A DNA stretch of 64,000 nt from an uncultured Desulfosarcina sp. (GTDB lineage Bacteria; Desulfobacterota; Desulfobacteria; Desulfobacterales; Desulfosarcinaceae): assembly GCA_963674765.1 (NCBI GenBank), contig OY771548.1, forward strand, positions 6,094,006 through 6,158,005. Reading direction: 5' to 3'. Shown here in pieces: positions 52,824-62,869 of this stretch (the stretch's first letter is position 1; each line of letters opens with the position of its first letter). The notes beneath the pieces were generated by a model, which made no database searches, was not told the DNA's origin, and saw only the letters and a program-made list of their open reading frames with translations. The position numbers and the translations under genes are program-made.

Positions 52824-53120
52824 AACCTGCCGGCCACACTTATACTTTACTACGTTGAGTATGTACTCGGGTCAAGCCATGCGGAATTTTTTCTGCTCCT
52901 TTACTTTCTTACCGGTATCATCATCCTGCCGTCCTGGGTTCGCCTTGCGAACAGATGAAGAGGAGTGTTGGCTTATGGGGCGCTTGTATTTTTTTCGGGC
53001 ATTGGCTTCGGAGCAACCTTATACATACCGTCGGCAATTCAAACCGATGTGATTGACTACGATGAGATGAAAACCGGTCGCCGCCGCGAAGGGCAATAGG
53101 GTTTGTGGTCGATAGCACAA
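52824..53120 (+). pseudogene. MFS_2 (GPH) transporter relic
   Basis: Manual translation NLPATLILYYVEYVLG... and AIQTDVIDYDEMKTGRRREGQ*; internal deletion. Confidence 0.75.
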
Positions 53121-53223
53121 GGCCGCTTCATCGAGATGTAGTGACGGCAGTGGGGCATCATGAATGTTCAGGTAATCGCCGCCGACATGAACCACTTTTC
53201 CATCGATCAACGTTTCGAAATGA

Positions 53224-53769
53224 TCATGTAGCGCTTTCACCGCTCAGCACATCCAGCAGTACATCAGGCGACGGATGATCAGCCGGTCCGGAAGCATGGT
53301 GGCTGAACAGGATGCGGCCATCGGTGCCGATGATGAATACCCCTGGGAGCTGGCGCACGTCGCCTTGGGGAGCGCCAATGCCATGACCCTTGGCCATGGC
53401 CGTGACCCCCCGGAATACCATTTTGGCGGAGAGCAGCGCCCCAGTGCCGGCCTGTTTGAGGCGAAAGGCCTCGAAGAGTCGTTTTTCCGGGTCGGCAATC
53501 ATGGGAAAAGGGACGTCGAAGCGTTCTTTGAATGCCGCCGTCTGTTCGACATTGCCCAATCCAACCAGCACTATTGCCGCACCCAGGCGGTCAAAGGCAT
53601 CTTTTTCGCGGCGCAACTGCGCCACCTGTTCTCGGCAGAACGGTCAGCCGTAATGCCTCAAAAAAACCAGCACCAGCGGACCCTGCTGCCAGAAGTCGCC
53701 CAGCGACGCCCGCGAATTATCCCACAGTTGAACCTCTTGTTCGCCGATTGCACGCATATTCAAATCCAT
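53224..53769 (-). CDS. AhpC/TSA-like (Prx-like, AhpC-TSA_2) selenoprotein with a UxxC motif
   Basis: SD AAAGGA, ATG at 53769; VFLRHYG-TGA-PFCREQ (TGA at 53644-53646); SECIS-like hairpin downstream; QLPGVF, DHP. Confidence 0.88.
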
Positions 53770-53792
53770 AGTCAATTCCTTTCATCCTTATC

Positions 53793-54869
53793 TTAGCTGG
53801 CCGCAGCTTCCCGAAGCCGCATGAGCGCACCGAGATTGTCAATCGTCACGATACCGACGAGTTTTCCCTCCCGGGTCACAGGCAGCAGGTCGCATCGGCA
53901 TTCATTCAGCTTGGTAATGACCGTGTCCAGCATTTCCGTTGATTCGACGGAAACGGTGTCCTTGCGGATGATGGAAGCTACTGTTTCCTGGGCATCATGT
54001 CTGGACAGCGCCTCGAATAAATCGGTCTGCCGCAGAACGCCCTCCAAAATGCCGTCGCTGACGACCGGGAAATCTTTCTGGGTGCCGGTCAGCGTCAGAT
54101 CAGCGGCGACCTTCAAACTGTCATCGGTGGCAAGGCTCTTGAACTCGCTGACCATCACCTGGTGAACAGGGATGCCGCCCACAGTGGCCTTCATTCGGGT
54201 CAACGCCGCTTCCTGGGTTGCACCCAGCCAGACGAAGACCGCGATAAACAAAAGAAACGGATTGTAGAACAGGCCCATCAGGCCAAACAAAACGGCAATC
54301 GAACGACCGGTGGAAGCGGCAATCCGAGTCGCCCGGCCGTAGTTCAACCGTGTTGCCAGGGCGGCCCGCAAAACGCGTCCTCCATCCATGGGAAAGGCGG
54401 GAATCATGTTAAAGGCGATCATGAACAGATTGACCGCCATGAGACGCTCCAAAAGCGGGCCGGTGGTGACCGTCAGACGCTGCAACGGCTCCCAAGAGGC
54501 CGTTGCCTGCAGCCAGACGAACAAGGCCGCGGCAATGACGACGTTGACGGCAGGGCCGGCCAGGGCCACCCACAATTCCTGCATGGGTTGGGACGGAATT
54601 TTCTGCAAGCGCGCCACACCACCGATGGGCAGTAAAATGATGTCACGGGTCGCGATCCCATAGCGCCTGGCCATCAGGGCATGGCCGAATTCATGCAGCA
54701 CCACACACATGAAGATGGCCAGAATGAACAAAACGCCAACCAACACGGCGCCGAAACTTTGACCACGCTGCCAGTGCAGCAGCGCAACCCATCCGACAAG
54801 AAGAAGGAAGGTTAGATGCATATACACGTCGATACCGACGAATTTTCCGATTTTGACAGACCATTTCAT
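53793..54869 (-). CDS. Site-2 protease (M50) with CBS domains
   Basis: HEFGH, AGP, FNMIPAFPMDGGR, C-terminal CBS pair. Confidence 0.93.
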   Translation of the reverse strand: MKWSVKIGKFVGIDVYMHLTFLLLVGWVALLHWQRGQSFGAVLVGVLFILAIFMCVVLHEFGHALMARRYGIATRDIILLPIGGVARLQKIPSQPMQELWVALAGPAVNVVIAAALFVWLQATASWEPLQRLTVTTGPLLERLMAVNLFMIAFNMIPAFPMDGGRVLRAALATRLNYGRATRIAASTGRSIAVLFGLMGLFYNPFLLFIAVFVWLGATQEAALTRMKATVGGIPVHQVMVSEFKSLATDDSLKVAADLTLTGTQKDFPVVSDGILEGVLRQTDLFEALSRHDAQETVASIIRKDTVSVESTEMLDTVITKLNECRCDLLPVTREGKLVGIVTIDNLGALMRLREAAAS

Positions 54870-55152
54870 GGCTTCACCTCCTGCCGGCGATCATACTCTT
54901 CGAAGTACCGGCTTATTCATTACCATTGTTGAATTAAAATTAGGGTCGATCCAGAAGGTTGCAATATGAAATACCTGATCGGTAGTCGGTAGGTCAATCC
55001 TACCCATATTCATGTGCGGTATATCTTGGAGAGAATTATCGGAATACCCGGCAGATAGGGAACCGAACAAAGGAGCACCGGTGAGCGGTCCGGGCGGTAA
55101 CACCATGAAACCACACCGCACTTCGTGGCGTATAGCCGGAAGTCGACCGGGA

Positions 55153-56015
55153 CCGGTCCATGGCCGCTTGAATCACCTCCATGGGATGGAGCATCTTGGT
55201 GTTGAGCGCAAAAGAGAGCAGGGAATGGAAGAGGAAGGCGCTTTCGGTTGCCATGGCATCCTGGTAGGTACCGAAATGAGGTAGTCGCTGATCCACGAAC
55301 GCCTGCAGTTGCTGCAGGGCCTGCTTTCGGGTCACCGGCCAGATCAACCGTTGGGGCTCGATCCGGCCGAAGGTGGGCACCTGGCAGCGATCGAGCATGG
55401 CGACGATATCGGAGACATCGTTGCTGAAGAGGCAGGCCTCAGGTAGCGAGACCGCACCGCCGTAGCGTTGGCGATTGCTTTGATCGTAATTCCATTTGCC
55501 GCCCGCGGGCTTCCCACCATCCATGATGATATCATGGCGTCTGCGCATCTGCCGGTAGAAGGATTCCATCAGATACCGCTTTTTGCCTTGGAAATGCCTG
55601 GCCACATCGCCGCGTTTTGCCAAAAAATGCTCCGTATCCGTAACCGCCGAGGAAATGGACAGATGGGCGGCCAGCCGGGCCAGCTGGCGGTCCAATTGGT
55701 AGTCGTCCGGTAGCATATATTCGAATCGCGCGATGCGGTGTTCGCGGATCAGGCGGATCAGGTTGGCATCGAAGGATTGCTCGTTTTTTGGATCGTCCAA
55801 GCGCAGGTAGACCACGCGATGTCCCATGCGGACAAGGTCGTCGGCGAAATGGCGCATGGCGCTGAAAAAACTGGCTACTTTTTGAATGTGCGGCTTGACG
55901 ACGTCCGTTTCCTGACGGACCTCCATCAGCGTGTAAAGGACGTCTGCTTGAACCAGCTATGCTGGGCATTGAGCTGGTCACTGAGGATCAATCGGAGGGT
56001 GGTGCCGTTTTTCAC
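55153..56015 (-). pseudogene. FeS-BCP photolyase/cryptochrome, N-terminal part
   Basis: LRLILSDQL, frameshift, HIQK...AMRHFA, MESFYR, GGKWNYD..NR, FGTYQDAM, LFHS; truncated after LHPMEV. Confidence 0.9.
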
Positions 56016-56173
56016 GGCTTGGGATCCTCTTCTAACGCCAATATAATGATAGCTTGCTGGATAGCCATATTTTGCGTGGTCTCCATTTTTTCGAAGAAGT
56101 CAATAGCGATCCGTTTTCAAACATCAAGCCGGTGAATCAATATCGATTTTGCTTGGGACGAAACGAAAGCCAT

Positions 56174-57199
56174 TTAGGTGACGAGTTTCTTCTTTCCGCC
56201 ATAGTAGCGCATAAACTGAACACGGTCATAAATGGACGGGTCTACGGTTTTTTCCTGGCTCATTTTGCCTTTGAAATCATCAATTGTCTTGAACCGGTTA
56301 TCGGTCATCCAGGATTGAAGTCGTCCGATCATTTCACCCAGGTAGTCGATTCCGTTCTTGTACAGACAAGAGGCGACCTGAACTGCATCCGCACCGGCCA
56401 AGAGCTGTTTGATCACTGCCTCCCCGTCATGGATCCCCGTGGAAGCCGCAAGGTCACAATCGACTTTCTCGGCCATAATGGCGATCCAGCGCAAAGACAT
56501 GGAAAGGTCCGACGGCGTGCTGAAAACAAATCCGTTGGTGATTGTAAAATTATCGATGTCGATGTCCGGGCTAAAGTAGCGGTTGAAGAGCACCAGGCCG
56601 GCAATTCCGGTCTGCGATAATTGTTGAATCATGGGACCCAGATCGGAAAAATAGTAGCTGATTTTCAGCGCCGTTGGAATGGAAAGCTTATGGGTGACTT
56701 CCTGCGTGACCTTGAAATAGATGCTTTTTCGATCCACGCGCGTTTTCTTGAAATCTGTCGGAGGAAAAAACATATTCAATTCCAACGCATCGGCACCGGC
56801 TGCTTCCAGTTTTTGGGCATAAGAGATCCATTCGACGGATTGCAGAAAGCAGTTGATGCTGGCAATGACCGGAATCGAAACAGACTTCTTGCTCTCTGAG
56901 ACCAGGGTGGCATACTTTTTCAGATTTTCCTCGCGAACCAGGTAATCGTAGTACTCAACTGGAATTTTACGTCCGTCGTAATCGAAATACTGGCTCTCCT
57001 TGGGAAACTGCCTGGCCGTCTTGATGAAGTCGGCGTACTCCAACGCCACCTCCTCCTCGAAGATCGATTTCAGAACCACCGCAGCGGCTCCAGCCGCTTC
57101 CGCCCTCTTGACGTTCTCCACCGAACCGGTCATTCCTGAGCTTCCCACAATGATCGGATTTTTTAACTCAAGTCCCATATACTTTGTAGACAGATCCAT
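56174..57199 (-). CDS. Dihydroorotate dehydrogenase-like FMN protein
   Basis: LKNPIIVGSS, KSIFEE, ADALELN, LFNR, GADAVQ. Confidence 0.9.
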   Translation of the reverse strand: MDLSTKYMGLELKNPIIVGSSGMTGSVENVKRAEAAGAAAVVLKSIFEEEVALEYADFIKTARQFPKESQYFDYDGRKIPVEYYDYLVREENLKKYATLVSESKKSVSIPVIASINCFLQSVEWISYAQKLEAAGADALELNMFFPPTDFKKTRVDRKSIYFKVTQEVTHKLSIPTALKISYYFSDLGPMIQQLSQTGIAGLVLFNRYFSPDIDIDNFTITNGFVFSTPSDLSMSLRWIAIMAEKVDCDLAASTGIHDGEAVIKQLLAGADAVQVASCLYKNGIDYLGEMIGRLQSWMTDNRFKTIDDFKGKMSQEKTVDPSIYDRVQFMRYYGGKKKLVT

Positions 57200-57290
57200 A
57201 AACCCTCCTCAACAATGAATTGATTGCACCCATTGTTCAAATGGCCGTTACGTTGATCATCAAGGATCATGCATAGCGTGATGCCGCTTT

Positions 57291-57734
57291 TCAACCGTTG
57301 CGGTCCTTGTCAGACGCCCATTCAATCACGGCTTGCTGGATCGCCAGGTAGTGTGTCGTTTCGTCTTTTTCGTTGTGGATGGGAGCAATTTTCCATTGCA
57401 TCATGAATTCCGAACCATCCTTGCGGTAGTTGATGGCGCGTCCATGGAAGACCCTGCCATGGGAAATGTCCATTTTCAACCGATCGATGACTTCTGGGTC
57501 GGTTTTGGGTCCTTGCAGGATCGATGGTGATTTTCCGATGACTTCATCGGGTTCATAGCCGGTCATCAGGATGAAGGCCGGATTGACATAGACGATGGGA
57601 TAACCTGGCCCCGCTTCCGATATGATGATCGAGTTGTACGACTCTTCCATGGAAGCTTCCAATAACCGCTTCATAATGTATCGATAGTTTTCGTCTCTTT
57701 CGAAAATGTCAAAAATATCTTTCCTACCTTCCAT
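57291..57734 (-). CDS. Stand-alone PAS protein, LOV-like without the photoactive Cys
   Basis: VNPAF..MTGY...GKSPSILQGPKTD...NYRKDG; SD GGAGG. Confidence 0.85.
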   Translation of the reverse strand: MEGRKDIFDIFERDENYRYIMKRLLEASMEESYNSIIISEAGPGYPIVYVNPAFILMTGYEPDEVIGKSPSILQGPKTDPEVIDRLKMDISHGRVFHGRAINYRKDGSEFMMQWKIAPIHNEKDETTHYLAIQQAVIEWASDKDRNG

Positions 57735-58251
57735 TTCATTACCTCCGTGGTTGCTGTGGACGATGAACTGTTGGTATGATTGGGCTGTGGATAGTGCTTT
57801 CATTCAAGGGAATTGCTTGAAGAATGACCATTTCACCTTTGCAGCATCAAAATTATAAAGGGGGTCATCTTCCGATAGTTTGCCAGTGAAATGGGGTCCC
57901 GGCCAAATAGGTCCGCAGCCGTTGATTTTGCACAGAACGAAATTTTTCAATGCATTTCGCGGTATCGAAAGCTCCATGAATAACGACGACCAGCGGCAGA
58001 TGAGTTAAGCCGTCATATCCTGAAGGAATGTATACGCGTTAGGAACGACGAAATCCTCCCGTAAATAGATCCATGCGCTGGTAATAGGCAGCAGGGCCTT
58101 TTTTTATTGACGATGACAATGATCGGGTACAGGCATTTAGCGAAATCATTATAGAAATCAGTCCAAACAAAATGAATTTTAGGCACCGGCGCATTATTTT
58201 TCGGCCCAGGGTATATCATCAAGGATCGATGAGGTTATATATCTATACAGC

Positions 58252-58283
58252 AAAAGGCCGAATGATTGCATTCGGCCTTTTTT
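58252..58283. terminator. Bidirectional intrinsic terminator
   Basis: AAAAGGCCGAATG-ATTG-CATTCGGCCTTTTTT, just downstream of the gene ending at 58303. Confidence 0.75.
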
Positions 58284-58302
58284 GTAACTATCCGAAAACC
58301 GA

Positions 58303-58620
58303 TTAGCCGGGAACGGAAACCGGAGATGCCTTGCCAATGTATTCCATGGTCTCCTCGTACTTGCCGCGCATATCAACGGAGCCTTGCTCCAGCTCTTTCT
58401 TGATGGGGCTCCAATCCGACGGACACTCCGTACGAAGCTGTTCAACCCGTTTGGCCATATCGTCCATCAGCATGTTAAGATCCTGAATATTCATCAGCAT
58501 CTTCTCTTTTTCGGCCGTTCCGAGCTTGTCGATCTTGCGCATGGCATCGTACATCTTGGCTTTCCATGAGGTCATTTCCGATTCCATTGCCGAACAAAAG
58601 TCTTTGACATCCATTCCCAT
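58303..58620 (-). CDS. Small helical hypothetical protein
   Basis: SD AAAGGAGG; coiled-coil pattern; ECPSDWSP. Confidence 0.75.
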   Translation of the reverse strand: MGMDVKDFCSAMESEMTSWKAKMYDAMRKIDKLGTAEKEKMLMNIQDLNMLMDDMAKRVEQLRTECPSDWSPIKKELEQGSVDMRGKYEETMEYIGKASPVSVPG

Positions 58621-58862
58621 TCCTCCTTTTTGTTGAATGATAAGAAACTGAAACAAAGATAAAAAAAACTACAAGGAAGACTATAATTCAAAATAACGGC
58701 AAGATAGGATAGGAACGAGATCAAAGAAATGCGCGAATCACAGGATCGGTAATTTAGTTTGGATCAATCCTTGTAGCGATTGTTTAAATAATAGTACCAG
58801 AATCATGCTTGGGTCAATACCTGAGTTTGAGCATTGGGGGCTGAATCTCCTGAGGGAAATCG

Positions 58863-60389
58863 CTATAGTTTGCATTCCAGTTCTTTTTCGACCGAAAAGG
58901 TGTGCGGAGGCCCCGTTGGTGAATCACCAAATTTACGCGCAATTTGCACCAAAACCCCTTTGAACAGCCAATCGTGAATGGGAAGCATGCCATACCAGTA
59001 AGCCATGCCGGCCAATCCCTGTGGCAAAAATCGCGAAACCATTTCCAGCCTTATACGCCGTTTTGGATTGCTGTGAACTCGAAATTCGAGCAATGCGTCT
59101 CCAGGCGCCTTCATCTCGGATAAAAGCAGCAGACGACGCGGTGGCTCATGGGCAATGACGCGCCAAAAGTCCAGCACATCGCCGGTGCGCAGCTTTTTCG
59201 AATGCCGCCGTCCGCGTATCAAACCCGGTCCACCCGCCATCCGGTCCAGCATTCCCCGCAATCGCCACAGCGGTTGGGCAAAATACCATCCGTTGCGACC
59301 GCCTATCGCTTCGATGGCCTCCCAGACCTTTAATGCTTCCCCTTCAAACGCGATGCAGTAACCCCGACGCATAATGGTGCCGCCAGCATAGTCGGCATCC
59401 CCGCAAGTTGTCCATTCAGGGGGTAATTGACCCCCGCCATCGAAACAGCATGTATCCACCTGCTCTTGCTGAACGCGTTTGAGAGCTGTTCTGATCGCCT
59501 CTTCACAGCTAAAAAGCTTTACCGGAACCCATTCACGAATCGCGTTTTCTTTGCAAATCACGGGAATGCTCAGTCCTTCTGCCAAAGGCTGGGCGATGGA
59601 CGCCGGCACCGGCGTGACCAGATGAATCCATTTGGCACTCAGCCAGGGGGTTAAAACCGGAACGGAGATAATAATTCTTTTGGGCAACCCGGCCACCCGG
59701 CAATAGATATCGATCAGGTCCTGGTAGTTGAGAACGTCAGGCCCTCCGATGTCCAGCGTTTTACCGGTGGTTTGTGGTGCGGACAGACAACCGGCCAGAT
59801 AGTCAAGTACATTGGAAATGGCGATCGGCTGGCAGGGCGTTCGCAGCCAACGGGGTGTAATCATGACCGGCAATCGTTCGACCAGGTACCGCAGCATCTC
59901 GAACGATGCGCTGCCCGACCCCAGTATCATGGCTGCCCGAAGATTGGTGACGGGGACACGACTCGCCTCCAGTATGCCCTCTACCTCATGGCGCGATCGA
60001 AGGTGATGGCTCAGGTTTTCGTGGTCCTTGTCCCCCAGTCCTCCCAAATAGATGATGCGTTGCATGCCATTTTGTTCTGCGCACGCCACCATATTTTCGG
60101 CCGCCTTGCGGTCGGCCTCGGCAAACCGGCGTTTATGGGCGTTCATGGAGTGGATAAGGTAATAGGCTGTGTCGCACTCCTCGCCCGCCTGAATGAACGA
60201 GGCCTGATCGAGGGCGTCACCCGGCAAGATGTCCAAAGCTGGATGGCCTGCCCACGACCGGGCCAGCAGTTTCTGCGGGGAGCGCACCATTGCCCGAACG
60301 CGATAGCCTCGATCCAGTAGCATTGGGATAAGACGGCCTCCCACATAGCCGGTACCACCGGTAACAAGAATGGATCTATTCGTTGTCAT
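58863..60389 (-). CDS. SDR/NAD(P)-binding protein with DUF2867 (YbjT-like)
   Basis: TGGTGYVG, GSGSASFE, DFWRV, EMKAPG. Confidence 0.92.
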   Translation of the reverse strand: MTTNRSILVTGGTGYVGGRLIPMLLDRGYRVRAMVRSPQKLLARSWAGHPALDILPGDALDQASFIQAGEECDTAYYLIHSMNAHKRRFAEADRKAAENMVACAEQNGMQRIIYLGGLGDKDHENLSHHLRSRHEVEGILEASRVPVTNLRAAMILGSGSASFEMLRYLVERLPVMITPRWLRTPCQPIAISNVLDYLAGCLSAPQTTGKTLDIGGPDVLNYQDLIDIYCRVAGLPKRIIISVPVLTPWLSAKWIHLVTPVPASIAQPLAEGLSIPVICKENAIREWVPVKLFSCEEAIRTALKRVQQEQVDTCCFDGGGQLPPEWTTCGDADYAGGTIMRRGYCIAFEGEALKVWEAIEAIGGRNGWYFAQPLWRLRGMLDRMAGGPGLIRGRRHSKKLRTGDVLDFWRVIAHEPPRRLLLLSEMKAPGDALLEFRVHSNPKRRIRLEMVSRFLPQGLAGMAYWYGMLPIHDWLFKGVLVQIARKFGDSPTGPPHTFSVEKELECKL

Positions 60390-60415
60390 TCGACGAATAT
60401 CCTCTTAATCTCTTT

Positions 60416-60844
60416 TTATCGGACGATTTCATGATGGGTGCGCTCCGGGCCTTCTGCCAACAAAAAAGAATCGAATTCAACACGCAGGAATGCGACACCC
60501 CTTTTGCGAATGAAGTCCTGCAGGTCGGGATGCTGCCGTTTAAAGGCCTCTTTCACCCTATCGATTTCCTCGTCAGGCTTCAGAATGGTACAAGTGCCCG
60601 ACACGGTTAGTGCTTGGGTATTTTCGAGTACCTGTTCGCCTCGCGTATCGATAAGCAGGCTCACCTCAGGATGGTTCTTGATATTACGGTATTTCTTGGT
60701 GTTAATCGGAGTAACCATATAAAGTCGGTCTCCAGCCTCCGAGGTGATATAGGCCATTAGTGAGCAATACGGTTTATTGCCGTTCGTAGTTGCCAGGACA
60801 CAACTGCTTTTTCGCATGAGCAGCGCATTTATTTTATCGATCAT
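60416..60844 (-). CDS. Pyridoxamine 5'-phosphate oxidase family protein
   Basis: VLAT...PYCSLM, TKKYRNI..HPEVSLLID. Confidence 0.9.
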   Translation of the reverse strand: MIDKINALLMRKSSCVLATTNGNKPYCSLMAYITSEAGDRLYMVTPINTKKYRNIKNHPEVSLLIDTRGEQVLENTQALTVSGTCTILKPDEEIDRVKEAFKRQHPDLQDFIRKRGVAFLRVEFDSFLLAEGPERTHHEIVR

Positions 60845-60922
60845 ATCGATATTATTCTTAGTCTTTTTGGGTTTGTTTCGCAGGACGTGACTGCCGTTAC
60901 AAATATTATCACACTTACTACC

Positions 60923-60950
60923 TTAACAGGCACGCAACAACACGTAAACA
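60923..60950. promoter_or_regulatory. Candidate CarH-type operator (three ACA units at 11-bp spacing)
   Basis: TTAACA (60923), GCAACA (60934), TAAACA (60945) in a divergent intergenic region. Confidence 0.4.
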
Positions 60951-61056
60951 GAAGGTGCAAACCGTAAAGGTAAAAATAGTCGGCTTTATGATGATTTCAT
61001 GTTATAAATAATCAATTAGATCATATTCTTGGAACACGCTTCAATTCCAGAGTGCA

Positions 61057-62022
61057 ATGGGAGAAAAGATGATGGCAAGCCCCATTAAAATCGGCGTGAG
61101 CTCATGTTTGTTAGGAAATAAAGTGAGGTACAACGGTGGGCACGCCCATGATCGCTTCATTACCGGAACACTCGGTGAATACGTCGAATTTGTGCCGGTT
61201 TGCCCAGAGGTGGAGTGCGGGTTGGGTACGCCTCGGCTGACGATGCATCTAAAGGGGGAAGTGGACAATCCTCGACTGGTCACTACCAAAACCGGCGAAG
61301 ATCACACCGAGCGTATGATGTCATGGACGAATAAAAGATTGGAGGAACTGGCTAACGAGGGCCTCTGTGGATTCATATTCAAAAAAGATTCTCCAAGCAG
61401 TGGAATGATGCGCGTTAAGGTTTTCAATAAAAAAGGGCAGCCGGTAAAACAAGGGCGGGGTATTTTTGCAGGTATGTTCATGCAGCGTTTCCCCTTGATT
61501 CCCGTGGAAGAGGACGGACGATTGAACGACCCCAAACTTCGCGAAAATTTCATCGAGCAGATATTTGCCTTGAAACGGTGGCGGGACACGATGGCCAAAG
61601 GCAAGACCCGCGGCAACTTGGTTGAATTTCACACGCGCAACAAGATGCTCATACGGTCTCACAGCGAAAATCACTATCGGTCGATGGGCAAACTGGTGGC
61701 CGCTGCAAAGTCGATGTCTCCCTCCGCCCTTTTTGATCGATATGAAGAAATTTTAATTGGCGCGCTGCGCTTGAAGTCTACGGTGGCCAAACACACCAAT
61801 GTGATGATGCACATGCTGGGCTATTTCAAAAAAGACCTGACCGCTGATGAGAAACAGGAGATTCTGGAGATCATAACGGCTTACCGTGGCGAGATAGTGC
61901 CTTTAGTTGTGCCATTGACTTTGTTTTCCCATTATGTGCGAAAATACGATCAGCCTTATCTGAAACAGCAGACGTATCTTAATCCTCACCCAACGGCTTT
62001 GAAGTTGAGAAACCATGCTTAG
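61057..62022 (+). CDS. YbgA-family protein (DUF523 + DUF1722)
   Basis: IGVSSCLLG..VRYNG, VCPEVECG, SPSSG, EEDGRL, H..GYFK. Confidence 0.93.
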   Translation: MGEKMMASPIKIGVSSCLLGNKVRYNGGHAHDRFITGTLGEYVEFVPVCPEVECGLGTPRLTMHLKGEVDNPRLVTTKTGEDHTERMMSWTNKRLEELANEGLCGFIFKKDSPSSGMMRVKVFNKKGQPVKQGRGIFAGMFMQRFPLIPVEEDGRLNDPKLRENFIEQIFALKRWRDTMAKGKTRGNLVEFHTRNKMLIRSHSENHYRSMGKLVAAAKSMSPSALFDRYEEILIGALRLKSTVAKHTNVMMHMLGYFKKDLTADEKQEILEIITAYRGEIVPLVVPLTLFSHYVRKYDQPYLKQQTYLNPHPTALKLRNHA

Positions 62023-62054
62023 CATAAATTTCACGATGGAAAGGAGACCGCCAA

Positions 62055-62243
62055 ATGAATACGGAAAAAAAAGATGACGTGTTCGTCAAAGTAAAGGACA
62101 TGGCCGGAAACGAATTTGTCTGTCCGCTGCACGAGTTGCGGAATGTCAAGAACGTCAGCGATGAGGAACTGGAAGAATGCTTTGAAGGCGATGTGGTCGG
62201 CCGCTACGCAGGACAGCTGAATATTGTCGACTCAGAAGATTGA
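62055..62243 (+). CDS. Small acidic uncharacterised protein, copy 2
   Basis: SD AAAGGAG; paralog of 49692-49886. Confidence 0.8.
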   Translation: MNTEKKDDVFVKVKDMAGNEFVCPLHELRNVKNVSDEELEECFEGDVVGRYAGQLNIVDSED

Positions 62244-62329
62244 ATCCTTATGGCTGTTTTTTGACCCAGAGTCAAGACCTTCAATCTGATGACGATTGAA
62301 GCAACTATGAAAATCAATGGTTTGACGAA

Positions 62330-62869
62330 TCAACCGCCGTTCAGCATTCGTATCAACGTCCGGTCGCCATCGATGTAATGATGCTTTAAGGCTGCTGCCG
62401 TGTGGACAACGATGACCGTCACCAAAATAATTGCGGTTACGCTGTGGAGCTGTCTAAAAATCCCGCCGAGAGATGGACTGTGCCAGATGAGCGTCGGTAT
62501 TTCGATCCAGCCGAACACGACAACGGGATAACCGTAGGCTTGGGACATGAGGATGCCAGCCATCGGCTGGATCAGCAGGAGGGCATAGAGGCAGACATGC
62601 ATAACCTCTGAAAGGTAGCGTAACACCAGATTGGTACCCAGAAACTTTGGTCGAGGAGTTACGAGACGCCAGAGCAAGCGCACGGCCATTAAGAAAAAAA
62701 CCAATACCCCAAATGATTTGTGGACGCTGCCAACGATGGATTTGATGCCGCCATCCGGCAACCCCCGAAGCGATAGTCCACCGGCCAACATCCCGACCAC
62801 AACCAAAAAGGCGAGCCAATGCAGGATACGGGCCACCAAGCCGTATTTTTCGTGGGTATTCGTAAGCAT
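62330..62869 (-). CDS. Cytochrome b561 family protein
   Basis: LHW, HKSFG, H..LY, HTAAALKHH. Confidence 0.92.
   Translation of the reverse strand: MLTNTHEKYGLVARILHWLAFLVVVGMLAGGLSLRGLPDGGIKSIVGSVHKSFGVLVFFLMAVRLLWRLVTPRPKFLGTNLVLRYLSEVMHVCLYALLLIQPMAGILMSQAYGYPVVVFGWIEIPTLIWHSPSLGGIFRQLHSVTAIILVTVIVVHTAAALKHHYIDGDRTLIRMLNGG

Noticed and set aside
54930-55030. Possible MsrA-like N-terminal relic (IDLPTTDQVFHIATF)
   Set aside because: Similarity is too short and no catalytic motif follows
57860-57886. GGCAAAC-TATC-GGAA-GATG on the minus strand, resembling a c-di-GMP-I riboswitch
   Set aside because: It lacks the following GACGCAAA segment and the second stem
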